DNA of 64,000 nucleotides from Macrostomum lignano (Eukaryota). Below, piece after piece: positions 11,343 through 24,720 of this stretch; within the stretch, counting starts at the first letter, position 1; every line of letters starts with the position of its first letter. Location: positions 1 to 64,000 of the forward strand of contig NIVC01002876.1 in the NCBI GenBank assembly GCA_002269645.1, given 5' to 3'. The notes below the pieces were generated by a model. That model was not told the DNA's origin. It ran no database searches and worked only from the letters and a program-made list of their open reading frames with translations. The position numbers and the translations under genes are program-made.

Positions 11343-11744
11343 AGAGCTTCCGCGTTTTCAGCAGTTCGTCTACCTCGGCGGTCTGGTTCCCGGTGTCCGC
11401 GAGGATCTGCGATGTCGCCGCGGGCTTGCCTGGGCTGCCTTTCGTTCTGTGATAGCGGTCCTGCAGTCCGAGGCCTTAGCTGACCGCCAGAGGGTGGCGT
11501 TGTTCCAGGTGGTGGTCGAGACCGTCCTGCTGTACAACGCCGAGACATGGACGCTGACGGAGTCGCTCGAGCAACAAGTTGACGCGGCGCACGCTGGCCT
11601 GCTGCGCGCCGCCTTTAAGATCGGCTACGAGCGAGTGACCAACGCGGCTTTGTATCGCCGCGCCGACCTGGTCCGTCCAAGCAACCTGTTGCGCCGTCGA
11701 CGACTCCAGCTGGCAGGCCACATCATCTGCGCCGAGTCGTACTG

Positions 11745-11920
11745 CCACACCTGACTGCCTCGCCGGCACACCTGACTGCTTCGCTGCCACACCTGACTGC
11801 CTCTCGGGCACACCTGACGACCTCGCTGCCACACCTGACTGCCTCCCGGGCACACCTGACGACCTCGCTGCCACACCTGACTGCCGCGCTGCCACAGCTG
11901 ACTGCCTCGCCGTCACACCT
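11745..11920 (+). repeat. 21-bp tandem repeat (ccacacctgactgcctcgctg), ~8 units
   Basis: Starts exactly where the RTE reading frame breaks off. Confidence 0.9.
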
Positions 11921-13382
11921 GATAGCTTCGATGCCCCACCTGTTGCTGTCGACGAGCCTGCATCCAGTTCCCACTTGAGACTGAGTCCTATTCGTATGCA
12001 TCGTGTAGCAGGTATTTGGTGCATCGCTGCAAACAACCATGAAGAGCTCGGTGATATTGCTTGTGAAGAACAAGCCGGTGACAATGCTGGTGACCGCCAA
12101 GTCAATGATCAAAGCGGCTATCAACATGGTGAAAAAACTGTCGAGTACTGCGGCGACCAAGCCGGCTACGAACCTGGCGATCATATCGGTGACAATTTGC
12201 ATGACCAAGCCGACGAGCAAGCGTGTGAAAGATGTGTAGTTCATCCGGTTCGTCTTCGTCATGCAGCAGGTATGTGACGCATGTCTTCAACAGTGGATGG
12301 TTGCCACGGGATCTGTGGTTGGCGCGCACTACAGGGTTGCGGAAGAGAATAATAACAAGAGGGACCAAAGGCCGAGAAGTAGGAAAAGCAGTGTCAGTGG
12401 TCATAGCATGTTTCTTCGGAGTCGTTGCAGTCACGAAGGCAGTCTTCGGTCGGAGCGCGGTTGCAAGTTGGCTGTCGGAACCTTGTCTCGGGGGGCAGGC
12501 GCGCACTCGGCGTTTCGTCGATTGCCTGCTGGCTGACGCCGGCGCCCCGGATTCGGCCGGCGGCGTGGCGTTCATTCGCGACCTGGCCTTGAAGCGCGCC
12601 CTGAGACGCTAAATGCGTATTCTGTTGTTGTTGTTGTTATTGTTTATTAACTTTGTTTATCTGTTTCCAGAAGTGTGGTCTATTCAAACTTGTTTAGTTC
12701 TTTTTGCCATTTTCCGCGCTCTGAGTGTTACTTCTCCCGTAGGCTTGGCATCACCGTTAGCAATAGTGTCAGATTGTATCTTTGACACGCGCAGCTAGTG
12801 GGCATTGCTATTCTAAAACTACGCGCTCGTACTATCTAATATTAAGGTTGTTATCATTTTTATTGCTAGATGGAATTAACGCTCAGCACGTGCACCATCG
12901 TTCATATCAACTAAAATATCTGAACTTCCTCACACACATTACCGATTCCGGAACCAGAATCGGTTCGGATCTTCCAAGAAAAAAGCAGTATGTATAACAT
13001 AACTATTTAACTTTGTTGAATTTTTTAATACCAATTAACAGCCTCACTTTGCACAATTTTTTAAATTTCTTCTTGGTTATTGCCATTAAATAATTAAAAT
13101 ATGTAATGTGCAGTACGGCATGCTAATTTTATTGACTGTTTGTTATTACTGCCCCCCTTGACCCCGCAATGCAGTGCCATTGACAAATATCATGTTCCAG
13201 GATTTATGGCAGTAGCTGCCCGCTAATCTGCGGGCTGTTGAACAACAGTTTCACATGCGAGATATAATTAGGAAAAGCTTCGTTTTCATCAAATGAAAGT
13301 GTCTATAATTACAGGGTATTAATATACTCGTACTATTGAATATTTTATGCCAAATTTTATTGGAGACGAGAGGCGCTAAAGT

Positions 13383-15423
13383 ACTGAGGGGATGGGGAAG
13401 GGGTAAGCGGTGGGCTCTGAAGGATTGAGGGGATGGGGAAGGGGTAAGCGGTGGGCTCTGAAGGATTGAGAGGATGGGGAAGGGGTTCAAGCCGTGGGCT
13501 CTGAAGGATTGAGAGGATGGGGAAGGGGTAAGCGGTGGGCTCTGAAGGATTGAGAGGATGGGGAAGGGGTTCAAGCCGTGGGCTCTGAAGGATTGAGAGG
13601 ATGGGGAAGGGGTTCAAGCCGTGGGCTCTGAAGGATTGAGAGGATGGGGAAGGGGTTCAAGCCGTGGGCTCTGAAGGATTGAGGGGATGGGGAAGGGGTT
13701 CAAGCGGTGGGCTCTGAAGGATTGAGGGGATGGGGAAGGGGTTCAAGCGGTGGGCTCTGAAGGATTGAGGGGATGGGGAAGGGGTAAGCGGTGGGCTCTG
13801 AAGGATTGAGGGGATGGGGAAGGGGTTCAAGCCGTGGGCTCTGAAGGATTGAGAGGATGGGGAAGGGGTTCAAGCCGTGGGCTCTGAAGGATTGAGAGGA
13901 TGGGGAAGGGGTTCAAGCCGTGGGCTCTGAAGGATTGAGAGGATGGGGAAGGGGTTCAAGCCGTGGGCTCTGAAGGAGTGAGGGGATGGGGAAGGGGTAA
14001 GCGGTGGGCTCTGAAGGATTGAGAGGATGGGGAAGGGGTAAGCGGTGGGCTCTGAAGGATTGAGAGGATGGGGAAGGGGTTCAAGCCGTGGGCTCTGAAG
14101 GATTGAGAGGATGGGGAAGGGGTTCAAGCCGTGGGCTCTGAAGGATTGAGGGGATGGGGAAGGGGTTCAAGCGGTGGGCTCTGAAGGATTGAGGGGATGG
14201 GGAAGGGGTTCAAGCGGTGGGCTCTGAAGGATTGAGGGGATGGGGAAGGAGTAAGCGGTGGGCTCTGAAGGATTGAGGGGATGGGGAAGGGGTTCAAGCC
14301 GTGGGCTCTGAAGGATTGAGAGGATGGGGAAGGGGTTCAAGCCGTGGGCTCTGAAGGATTGAGAGGATGGGGAAGGGGTTCAAGCCGTGGGCTCTGAAGG
14401 AGTGAGGGGATGGGGAAGGGGTAAGCGGTGGGCTCTGAAGGATTGAAGGGATGGGGAAGGGGTAAGCGGTGGGCTCTGAAGGATTGAGGGGATGGGGAAG
14501 GGGTTCAAGCCGTGGGCTCTGAAGGATTGAGGGGATGGGGAAGGAGTAAGCGGTGGGCTCTGAAGGATTGAGAGGATGGGGAAGGGGTTCAAGCGGTGGG
14601 CTCTGAAGGATTGAGGGGATGTGGAAGGGGTTCAAGCGGTGGGCTCTGAAGGATTGAGAGGATGGGGAAGGGGTTCAAGCGGTGGGCTCTGAAGGATTGA
14701 GAGGATGGGGAAGGGGTTCAAGCCGTGGGCTCTGAAGGATTGAGGGGATGGGGAAGGGGTTCAAGCGGTGGGCTCTGAAGGATTGAGAGGATGGGGAAGG
14801 GGTTCAAGCGGTGGGCTCTGAAGGATTGAGGGGATGGGGAAGGAGTAAGCGGTGGGCTCTGAAGGATTGAGGGGATGGGGAAGGGGTTCAAGCTGTGGGC
14901 TCTGAAGGATTGAGAGGATGGGGAAGGGGTAAGCGGTGGGCTCTGAAGGATTGAGGGGATGGGGAAGGGGTTCAAGCCGTGGGCTCTGAAGGATTGAGGG
15001 GATGGAGAAGGGGTTCAAGCCGTGGGCTCTGAAGGATTGAGGGGATGGGGAAGGGGTTCAAGCCGTGGGCTCTGAAGGATTGAGGGGATGGAGAAGGGGT
15101 TCAAGCCGTGGGCTCTGAAGGATTGAGAGGATGGGGAAGGGGTTCAAGCCGTGGGCTCTGAAGAATTGAGGGGATGGAGAAGGGGTTCAAGCCGTGGGCT
15201 CTGAAGGATTGAGAGGATGGGGAAGGGGTTCAAGCGGTGGGCTCTGAAGGATTGAGAGGATGGAGAAGGGGTTCAAGCGGTGGGCTCTGAAGGATTGAGG
15301 GGATGGGGAAGGGGTTCAAGCCGTGGGCTCTGAAGGATTGAGGGGATGGGGAAGGGGTTCAAGCGGTGGGCTCTGAAGGATTGAGAGGATGGGGAAGGGG
15401 TTCAAGCCGTGGGCTCTGAAGGA
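13383..15423 (+). repeat. 41/43-bp G-rich minisatellite (GAAGGATTGA family, array 4), ~2 kb
   Basis: Units ctctgaaggattgaggggatggggaagggg(taagcg|ttcaagccg)gtggg; shares the left flank ttttatgccaaattttattgga.acga with arrays 2 and 3. Confidence 0.95.
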
Positions 15424-16289
15424 TCAGTACTGGTAAATATTTGTATACATCCAAAGAAGAATAACAAAGTCAAAAGATGCTCATTAATTTTTGCTCAAAA
15501 GAATTGTTGTACAATTGTATATTCATACGGACCTTAATATGAAATGCAGTTGCAGGTGTCATGAACAGCTGCGTAATTTCATGTTGTGCACAGTCATAAT
15601 CTACATAGGAAATAAATTCGTATGCAGAACTTAAATATGACAGAAAATACGTTTTTTATTAGTGGCTACTTGCCACTTCCTTTTGATTAAAACAATTATA
15701 GATGCGTACGATACGAAAATTAAATGAAAGTTGCATTGAATAGAAGTTTTAATGACAAAAAATAAAAAAATTACAATTTGCAAGGACAAAATGTAAAGAT
15801 ACGAGCGTAACAGCAATTTCTAAAATGTTTATGGCCGAACTTGATTATTTAAAAGAAAAAATAAAATCATGAAAAAACAATCATAGTATATCATAATTAA
15901 ATTATAATTATTTACACTTTAGTATGCTATAATATATATTATGTACGTTTTCGGGACTCAATAGTTGTTTTTGGCCATAGACATGATCAGTAGGCAAACA
16001 GGTTAGCTCAGACTAAATACCTATAAAATATGATAGGTCAATACTGTTACGATCGTAATAAGTGTATTGATATTGGTCTAACTTTTGTAAAGCAGTATGA
16101 ATGTACAAAATTTTACCTTGCATGCACTGTATTGTATTGTTCGGGCAGTATTACGACATGCTACTTTTATTGACTATTTGCTATTTAGTCTGACGTCGAA
16201 GACGTCGGATTGAACATTCTAATCATTTTAAGCTATTTTTCAACCTAATCTACCACGAATGAAGCTGAGTGAGCGTAGCATGTCTCAAA

Positions 16290-16950
16290 TCAATTATGAA
16301 TTGGATTGGCCACTGGCGGCATGGGGACACCGGCCGACACGGAGGGCAGCGGGCCGCTATTGCCGCCGCTGTTCACCACCACAGCGCCGGCAGCGTTGTC
16401 AAAGAACGCGAAGGCGAACGCCGAATTATTTCGACGACGTCTCGACGAACGTCGATACCGACGCTCCAGCGCTTCTTCCTCGCGAATTCGGCGCTGCTCA
16501 GTTGGCGACGGTTGCCGACCGCCGCCGATGGAGGCGAGCAGGCGGCCCAGTCGGTCGCTGCAGGCCTCGGCTGTGCGGCGGAGCGCCCGGCCAAACTGGT
16601 TCAAGCTGCCGCTGCCGCCTTCGCTGTCGACTTGACTCGATTTGTCGCTTTGACTCGACAGCGGCTGCTGGCCGGCCGCAGTGGCCGAGTCGTCCTCTGG
16701 CGCGCCATTGTCCTCGCTTGTGTACACCAGCCGTCGGCGCGTCTGCGGGGTCCGGCGACGCCGGCGACGCCGTGGCAGACCGGTGGCCTCGTCCTCCACC
16801 TCAGCCGAGTCCGTCGCCGCCGGCTCATTGTTGACTTGATCGCTGCAAGCGTCCATGGCCTGCTGCTGATGCCGTTGCAGTGCCGCCTGCGATGCAAGCG
16901 GGGCCGCCGCCAGGGATTTTATGAGGATGGGGGACAACGCAAAAGCATTT
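16290..16950 (-). CDS. Putative terminal exon or ORF of an unknown low-complexity protein
   Basis: GC-rich island with an open frame (MDACSDQ..RRRRRRRTP..EEEALERRYRRSSRRRR..PIHN*); candidate acceptor ttgcag near 16960. No recognisable domain; the frame is not certain. Confidence 0.4.
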
Positions 16951-17583
16951 TTAACCCATAACTGCAAGCACGCGCACTGATTAAGGCTGGAGAAATCCCT
17001 CCACAAGCTCGCATGTGGATCTGGACAGCAGCTCAGCAGCTCCCATTGTACCCCAAACTGCCTGAGCTAAAAAACACTACAGGCGGCCCGGCAGGAGTGC
17101 ACGAAGGAAGGAAATAATGGACTAAACAATGTTGCAGAAATTCACTGAAGCACGGACGAAAATGAACGGGGTACACACAGAGAGAGAGGCCTGTCAGCTG
17201 CCATAGCTGCATTCAGGCGAAAGCGAATCGGTGGCTTGAGGTGGGTGAGATTGCTGCTTCTGCTGCTGCTGTTTGCTGGCGAGCTTGCTGCAGAAGACTG
17301 CCAGGTGAGTAAAGGAGAGAGTTAGAGAGAAATGCCTATTAGCTACTGGCTTTTGCAAATACCAATGGCGAAATGCATCTTGAGGAGCGCATGTTAGCGG
17401 CATGTAAAGCGTGCTTAGAGGCGCTGTATTGAACTTTTAGTTTCCTACTAGAAACAATATCTGCTCTGAAATACAGTCTGCCTGCAACCAATAAAGTTCT
17501 GCAGAATAATAATATTAGTTTAATTTTCTTTCATGCTCATAACTCTAAAATTCAAAGATCTCTTGCAGTAGTTTTATTTAGCT

Positions 17584-20500
17584 AACTGGCATTGGTTGAA
17601 AAAACTGGCACTGGCTCAAATAAACTGGCACAGGCTCAAATGAACTGGCACTGGCTCAAATAAACTGGCACAGGCTCAAATGAACTGGCACTGGCTCAAA
17701 TGAACTGGCACTGGCTCAAATGAACTGGCACAGGCTCAAATAAACTGGCACAGGCTCAAATAAACTGGCAGTGGCTCAAATAAACTGGCACAGGCTCAAA
17801 TGAACTGGCACTGGCTCAAATGAACTGGCACTGGCTCAAATGAACTGGCACAGGCTCAAATAAACTGGCACAGGCTCAAATAAACTGGCACTGGCTCAAA
17901 TGAACTGGCACTGGCTCAAATGAACTGGCACAGGCTCAAATAAACTGGCACAGGCTCAAATAAACTGGCACTGGCTCAAATAAACTGGCACAGGCTCAAA
18001 TGAACTGGCACTGGCTCAAATAAACTGGCACTGGCTCAAATGAACTGGCACAGGCTCAAATGAACTGGCACTGGCTCAAATGAACTGGCACTGGCTCAAA
18101 TGAACTGGCACAGGCTCAAATAAACTGGCACAGGCTCAAATGAACTGGCACAGGCTCAAATGAACTGGCACTGGCTCAAATGAACTGGCACAGGCTCAAA
18201 TAAACTGGCACAGGCTCAAATAAACTGGCACTGGCTCAAATAAACTGGCACTGGCTCAAATGAACTGGCACTGGCTGAAATAAACTGGCACAGGTTCAAA
18301 TAAACTGGCACTGGCTCAAATAAACTGGCACAGGCTCAAATGAACTGGCACTGGCTCAAATGAACTGGCACTGGCTCAAATAAACTGGCACAGGCTCAAA
18401 TGAACTGGCACTGGCTCAAATGAACTGGCACTGGCTCAAATGAACTGGCACAGGCTCAAATGAACTGGCACAGGCTCAAATAAACTTGCACTGGCTCAAA
18501 TAAACTGGCACAGGCTCAAATAAACTGGCACTGGCTGAAATAAACTGGCACAGGCTCAAATGAACTGGCACTGGCTGAAATAAACTGGCACAGGCTCAAA
18601 TAAACTGGCACTGGCTCAAATGAACTGGCACTGGCTCAAATGAACTGGCACTGGCTCAAATAAACTGGCACAGGCTCAAATAAACTTGCACTGGCTCAAA
18701 TAAACTGGCACAGGCTCAAATAAACTGGCACTGGCTGAAATAAACTGGCACAGGCTCAAATGAACTGGCACTGGCTGAAATAAACTGGCACAGGCTCAAA
18801 TAAACTGGCACTGGCTCAAATGAACTGGCACTGGCTCAAATGAACTGGCACTGGCTCAAATAAACTGGCACTGGCTCAAATGAACTGGCACTGGCTCAAA
18901 TGAACTGGCACTGGCTCAAATAAACTGGCACTGGCTCAAATGAACTGGCACAGGCTCAAATGAACTGGCACTGGCTCAAATGAACTGGCACAAGCTCAAA
19001 TGAACTGGCACTGGCTCAAATGAACTGGCACTGGCTCAAATAAACTGGCACTGGCTCAAATGAACTGGCACAGGCTCAAATAAACTGGCACAGGCTCAAA
19101 TAAACTGGCACTGGCTCAAATAAACTGGCACTGGCTCAAATGAACTGGCACTGGCTCAAATGAACTGGCACTGGCTCAAATAAACTGGCACTGGCTCAAA
19201 TGAACTGGCACTGCCTCAAATGAACTGGCACTGGCTCAAATAAACTGGCACTGGCTCAAATGAACTGGCACAGGCTCAAATAAACTGGCACAGGCTCAAA
19301 TGAACTGGCACTGGCTGAAATAAACTGGCACTGGCTCAAATAAACTGGCACAGGCTCAAATAAACTGGCACAGGCTCAAATAAACTGGCACAGGCTCAAA
19401 AAAACTGGCACAGGCTCAAATAAACTGGCACAGGCTCAAATAAACTGGCACAGGCTCAAATGAACTGGCACTGGCTGAAATAAACTGGCACAGGCTCAAA
19501 TGAACTGGCACAGGCTCAAATGAACTGGCACTGGCTCAAATGAACTGGCACTGGCTCAAATGAACTGGCACTGGCTCAAATGAACTGGCACAGGCTCAAA
19601 TGAACTGGCACTGGCTCAAATGAACTGGCACTGGCTCAAATAAACTGGCACTGGCTCAAATGAACTGGCACAGGCTCAAATAAACTGGCACAGGCTCAAA
19701 TAAACTTGCACTGGCTCAAATAAACTGGCACAGGCTCAAATAAACTGGCACTGGCTGAAATAAACTGGCACAGGCTCAAATGAACTGGCACTGGCTGAAA
19801 TAAACTGGCACAGGCTCAAATAAACTGGCACTGGCTCAAATGAACTGGCACTGGCTCAAATGAACTGGCACTGGCTCAAATAAACTGGCACTGGCTCAAA
19901 TGAACTGGCACTGGCTCAAATGAACTGGCACTGGCTCAAATAAACTGGCACTGGCTCAAATGAACTGGCACAGGCTCAAATGAACTGGCACTGGCTCAAA
20001 TGAACTGGCACAAGCTCAAATGAACTGGCACTGGCTCAAATGAACTGGCACTGGCTCAAATAAACTGGCACTGGCTCAAATGAACTGGCACAGGCTCAAA
20101 TAAACTGGCACAGGCTCAAATAAACTGGCACTGGCTCAAATGAACTGGCACTGGCTCAAATGAACTGGCACTGGCTTAAATAAACTGGCACTGGCTCAAA
20201 TGAACTGGCACAGGCTCAAATAAACTGGCACAGGCTCAAATAAACTGGCACAGGCTCAAATAAACTGGCACTGGCTCAAATGAACTGGCACTGGCTCAAA
20301 TAAACTGGCACAGGCTCAAATAAACTGGCACAGGCTCAAATAAACTGGCACAGGCTCAAAAAAACTGGCACAGGCTCAAATAAACTGGCACTGGCTGAAA
20401 TAAACTGGCACAGGCTCAAATGAACTGGCACTGGCTGAAATAAACTGGCACAGGCTCAAATAAACTGGCACTGGCTCAAATGAACTGGCACAGGCTCAAA

Positions 20501-23500
20501 TGAACTGGCACTGGCTCAAATGAACTGGCACAAGCTCAAATGAACTGGCACTGGCTCAAATGAACTGGCACTGGCTCAAATAAACTGGCACTGGCTCAAA
20601 TGAACTGGCACAGGCTCAAATAAACTGGCACAGGCTCAAATAAACTGGCACTGGCTCAAATAAACTGGCACAGGCTCAAATGAACTGGCACTGGCTCAAA
20701 TGAACTGGCACTGGCTCAAATAAACTGGCACTGGCTCAAATGAACTGGCACTGCCTCAAATGAACTGGCACTGGCTCAAATAAACTGGCACTGGCTCAAA
20801 TAAACTGGCACTGGCTCAAATGAACTGGCACTGGCTCAAATGAACTGGCACTGGCTCAAATAAACTGGCACTGGCTCAAATGAACTGGCACTGCCTCAAA
20901 TGAACTGGCACTGGCTCAAATAAACTGGCACTGGCTCAAATGAACTGGCACAGGCTCAAATAAACTGGCACAGGCTCAAATGAACTGGCACTGGCTGAAA
21001 TAAACTGGCACTGGCTCAAATAAACTGGCACAGGCTCAAATAAACTGGCACAGGCTCAAATAAACTGGCACAGGCTCAAAAAAACTGGCACAGGCTCAAA
21101 TAAACTGGCACAGGCTCAAAAAAACTGGCACAGGCTCAAATGAACTGGCACTGGCTCAAATAAACTGGCACAGGCTCAAATGAACTGGCACTGGCTCAAA
21201 TGAACTGGCACTGGCTCAAATGAACTGGCACTGGCTCAAATGAACTGGCACTGGCTCAAATGAACTGGCACTGGCTCAAATGAACTGGCACTGGCTCAAA
21301 TGAACTGGCACTGGCTCAAATAAACTGGCACTGGCTCAAATGAACTGGCACAGGCTCAAATAAACTGGCACAGGCTCAAATAAACTTGCACTGGCTCAAA
21401 TAAACTGGCACAGGCTCAAATGAACTGGCACTGGCTCAAATGAACTGGCACTGGCTCAAATAAACTGGCACAGGCTCAAATGAACTGGCACTGGCTCAAA
21501 TGAACTGGCACTGGCTCAAATGAACTGGCACTGGCTCAAATAAACTGGCACAGGCTCAAATGAACTGGCACTGGCTCAAATAAACTGGCACTGGCTGAAA
21601 AAAACTGGCACAGGCTCAAATGAACTGGCACTGGCTCAAATGAACTGGCACAGGCTCAAATGAACTGGCACTGGCTCAAATGAACTGGCACTGGCTCAAA
21701 TGAACTGGCACAGGCTCAAATAAACTGGCACAGGCTCAAATAAACTGGCACTGGCTCAAATAAACTGGCACAGGCTCAAATGAACTGGCACTGGCTCAAA
21801 TGAACTGGCACTGGCTCAAATAAACTGGCACAGGCTCAAATGAACTGGCACTGGCTCAAATGAACTGGCACTGGCTCAAATGAACTGGCACAGGCTCAAA
21901 TAAACTGGCACTGGCTCAAATGAACTGGCACTGGCTCAAATAAACTGGCACAGGCTCAAATAAACTGGCACTGGCTGAAATAAACTGGCACAGGCTCAAA
22001 AAAACTGGCACAGGCTCAAATGAACTGGCACAGGCTCAAATGAACTGGCACTGGCTCAAATGAACTGGCACTGGCTCAAATAAACTGGCACAGGCTCAAA
22101 TAAACTGGCACTGGCTGAAATAAACTGGCACTGGCTCAAATGAACTGGCACTGGCTCAAATGAACTGGCACTGGCTTAAATGAACTGGCACAGGCTCAAA
22201 TGAACTGGCACTGGCTCAAATGAACTGGCACTGGCTCAAATGAACTGGCACAGGCTCAAATAAACTGGCACTGGCTCAAATGAACTGGCACTGGCTCAAA
22301 TAAACTGGCACAGGCTCAAATAAACTGGCACTGGCTGAAATAAACTGGCACTGGCTCAAATGAACTGGCACTGGCTGAAATAAACTGGCACAGGCTCAAA
22401 TGAACTGGCACTGGCTGAAATAAACTGGCACAGGCTCAAAAAAACTGGCACAGGCTCAAATGAACTGGCACTGGCTCAAATAAACTGGCACAGGCTCAAA
22501 TGAACTGGCACAGGCTCAAATGAACTGGCACTGGCTCAAATAAACTGGCACTGGCTCAAATGAACTGGCACAGGCTCAAATAAACTGGCACTGGCTGAAA
22601 AAAACTGGCACAGGCTCAAATGAACTGGCACTGGCTCAAATGAACTGGCACAGGCTCAAATGAACTGGCACTGGCTCAAATGAACTGGCACTGGCTCAAA
22701 TGAACTGGCACAGGCTCAAATAAACTGGCACAGGCTCAAATAAACTGGCACTGGCTCAAATAAACTGGCACAGGCTCAAATGAACTGGCACTGGCTCAAA
22801 TGAACTGGCACTGGCTCAAATAAACTGGCACAGGCTCAAATGAACTGGCACTGGCTCAAATGAACTGGCACTGGCTCAAATGAACTGGCACAGGCTCAAA
22901 TAAACTGGCACTGGCTCAAATGAACTGGCACTGGCTCAAATAAACTGGCACAGGCTCAAATAAACTGGCACTGGCTGAAATAAACTGGCACAGGCTCAAA
23001 TGAACTGGCACTGGCTGAAATAAACTGGCACAGGCTCAAATAAACTGGCACAGGCTCAAATGAACTGGCACTGGCTCAAATGAACTGGCACTGGCTCAAA
23101 TGAACTGGCACAGGCTCAAATGAACTGGCACAGGCTCAAATGAACTGGCACTGGCTCAAATAAACTGGCACAGGCTCAAATAAACTGGCACTGGCTGAAA
23201 TAAACTGGCACAGGCTCAAATGAACTGGCACTGGCTGAAATAAACTGGCACAGGCTCAAATAAACTGGCACTGGCTCAAATGAACTGGCACTGGCTCAAA
23301 TGAACTGGCACTGGCTCAAATAAACTGGCACTGGCTCAAATGAACTGGCACTGGCTCAAATGAACTGGCACTGGCTCAAATAAACTGGCACTGGCTCAAA
23401 TGAACTGGCACAGGCTCAAATGAACTGGCACTGGCTCAAATGAACTGGCACAGGCTCAAATGAACTGGCACTGGCTCAAATGAACTGGCACTGGCTCAAA

Positions 23501-24200
23501 TAAACTGGCACTGGCTCAAATGAACTGGCACAGGCTCAAATAAACTGGCACAGGCTCAAATAAACTTGCACTGGCTCAAATAAACTGGCACAGGCTCAAA
23601 TGAACTGGCACTGGCTCAAATGAACTGGCACTGGCTCAAATAAACTGGCACAGGCTCAAATGAACTGGCACTGGCTCAAATGAACTGGCACTGGCTCAAA
23701 TGAACTGGCACAGGCTCAAATAAACTGGCACAGGCTCAAATGAACTGGCACTGGCTCAAATAAACTGGCACAGGCTCAAATAAACTGGCACTGGCTCAAA
23801 TAAACTGGCACAGGCTCAAATGAACTGGCACTGGCTGAAATAAACTGGCACAGGCTCAAATAAACTGGCACAGGCTCAAATGAACTGGCACTGGCTCAAA
23901 TGAACTGGCACTGGCTCAAATAAACTGGCACTGGCTCAAATGAACTGGCACTGGCTCAAATGAACTGGCACTGGCTCAAATAAACTGGCACTGGCTCAAA
24001 TGAACTGGCACAGGCTCAAATAAACTGGCACAGGCTCAAATGAACTGGCACTGGCTGAAATAAACTGGCACAGGCTCAAATGAACTGGCACTGGCTCAAA
24101 TGAACTGGCACTGGCTCAAATAAACTGGCACAGGCTCAAAAAAACTGGCACAGGCTCAAATGAACTGGCACAGGCTCAAATGAACTGGCACTGGCTTAAA
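17584..24200 (+). repeat. 6.6-kb satellite of a 20-bp unit t[ag]aactggcac[at]ggctcaaa, ~330 units
   Basis: Perfect 20-bp register throughout; two common dimorphic positions plus rare variants. Confidence 0.99.
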
Positions 24201-24372
24201 TTTAGCCTATATAATATGAGGCATAAAACGGGCCCTCGAAAACAATGATGTGACCAGTATCCAGTGCTGAAGAACTTATACAGCCAGGTGTTATAAGCCA
24301 TGGCATTGCTGCCTAAAGGGCACAATGGGAACAGACTGTAAAGGGCGACAATATCTATGGGTTGCTGTTTTT

Positions 24373-24720
24373 TTACTTTGCGGCCACGCGCCCGGACTGT
24401 GAGCTGCAGCTGGGAGAGGCAGCCAAACAGCCAATTTCCTTTCCCATATCCTCTCTCCCCCTCCCCGGCCCCAATTCCCTTCCCCAAGAGCAGCTGGGAC
24501 GGGCTGGGATGCTGCACCTTCTGAATAATTGATTTCTCAGTCTGTTGTTCAATCCTTGTGCAGTGCAGCATTTGCTGAGGCCAAGCCTCAGGCTCCGGCT
24601 AGCAGATCGGCCCAGTTCTGACTCGTAATCCGATGGGACGGCGAGCGAGACAGGGCGATTATCGCTGCTTTCAGATGGCATCGCTCCGTCCTCCTCTACG
24701 CTCTTATCGCAGGTTAACAA
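24373..24720 (-). CDS. Possible exon (Ser/Asp/Glu-rich), perhaps the cytoplasmic tail of the Ig gene
   Basis: GC-rich patch open in a minus frame (DKSVEEDGAMPSESSDNRPVSLAVPSDYESELGRS); all three plus frames are stopped. Splice sites not resolved. Confidence 0.25.
   Translation of the reverse strand: MLTCDKSVEEDGAMPSESSDNRPVSLAVPSDYESELGRSASRSLRLGLSKCCTAQGLNNRLRNQLFRRCSIPARPSCSWGRELGPGRGREDMGKEIGCLAASPSCSSQSGRVAAK

Larger units (their letters stand above)
10655..12650 (+). mobile_element. 5'-truncated RTE-like non-LTR retrotransposon, interrupted twice
   Basis: RT motif LGYADDLALL..NTQKT (10664-10900), resumes FVYLGG..ETVLLYNAETWTLT..QLAGHI (11343-11750), C-terminus GQARTRRFVDCLLADAG..ALRR* (~12490-12612), (TTG)n tail at ~12623-12650. 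Confidence 0.88.

Noticed and set aside
17200-17310. Plus-strand signal-peptide exon (RLLLLLLLFAGELAAEDCQ|GTGAGT)
   Set aside because: No in-frame ATG after the upstream stop and no downstream plus-strand exon found.
17584-24200. Regular short repeats resembling a CRISPR array (also 59790-61120 and 29628-31260)
   Set aside because: Units are head-to-tail with no unique spacers, there are no cas genes, and the context is eukaryotic.
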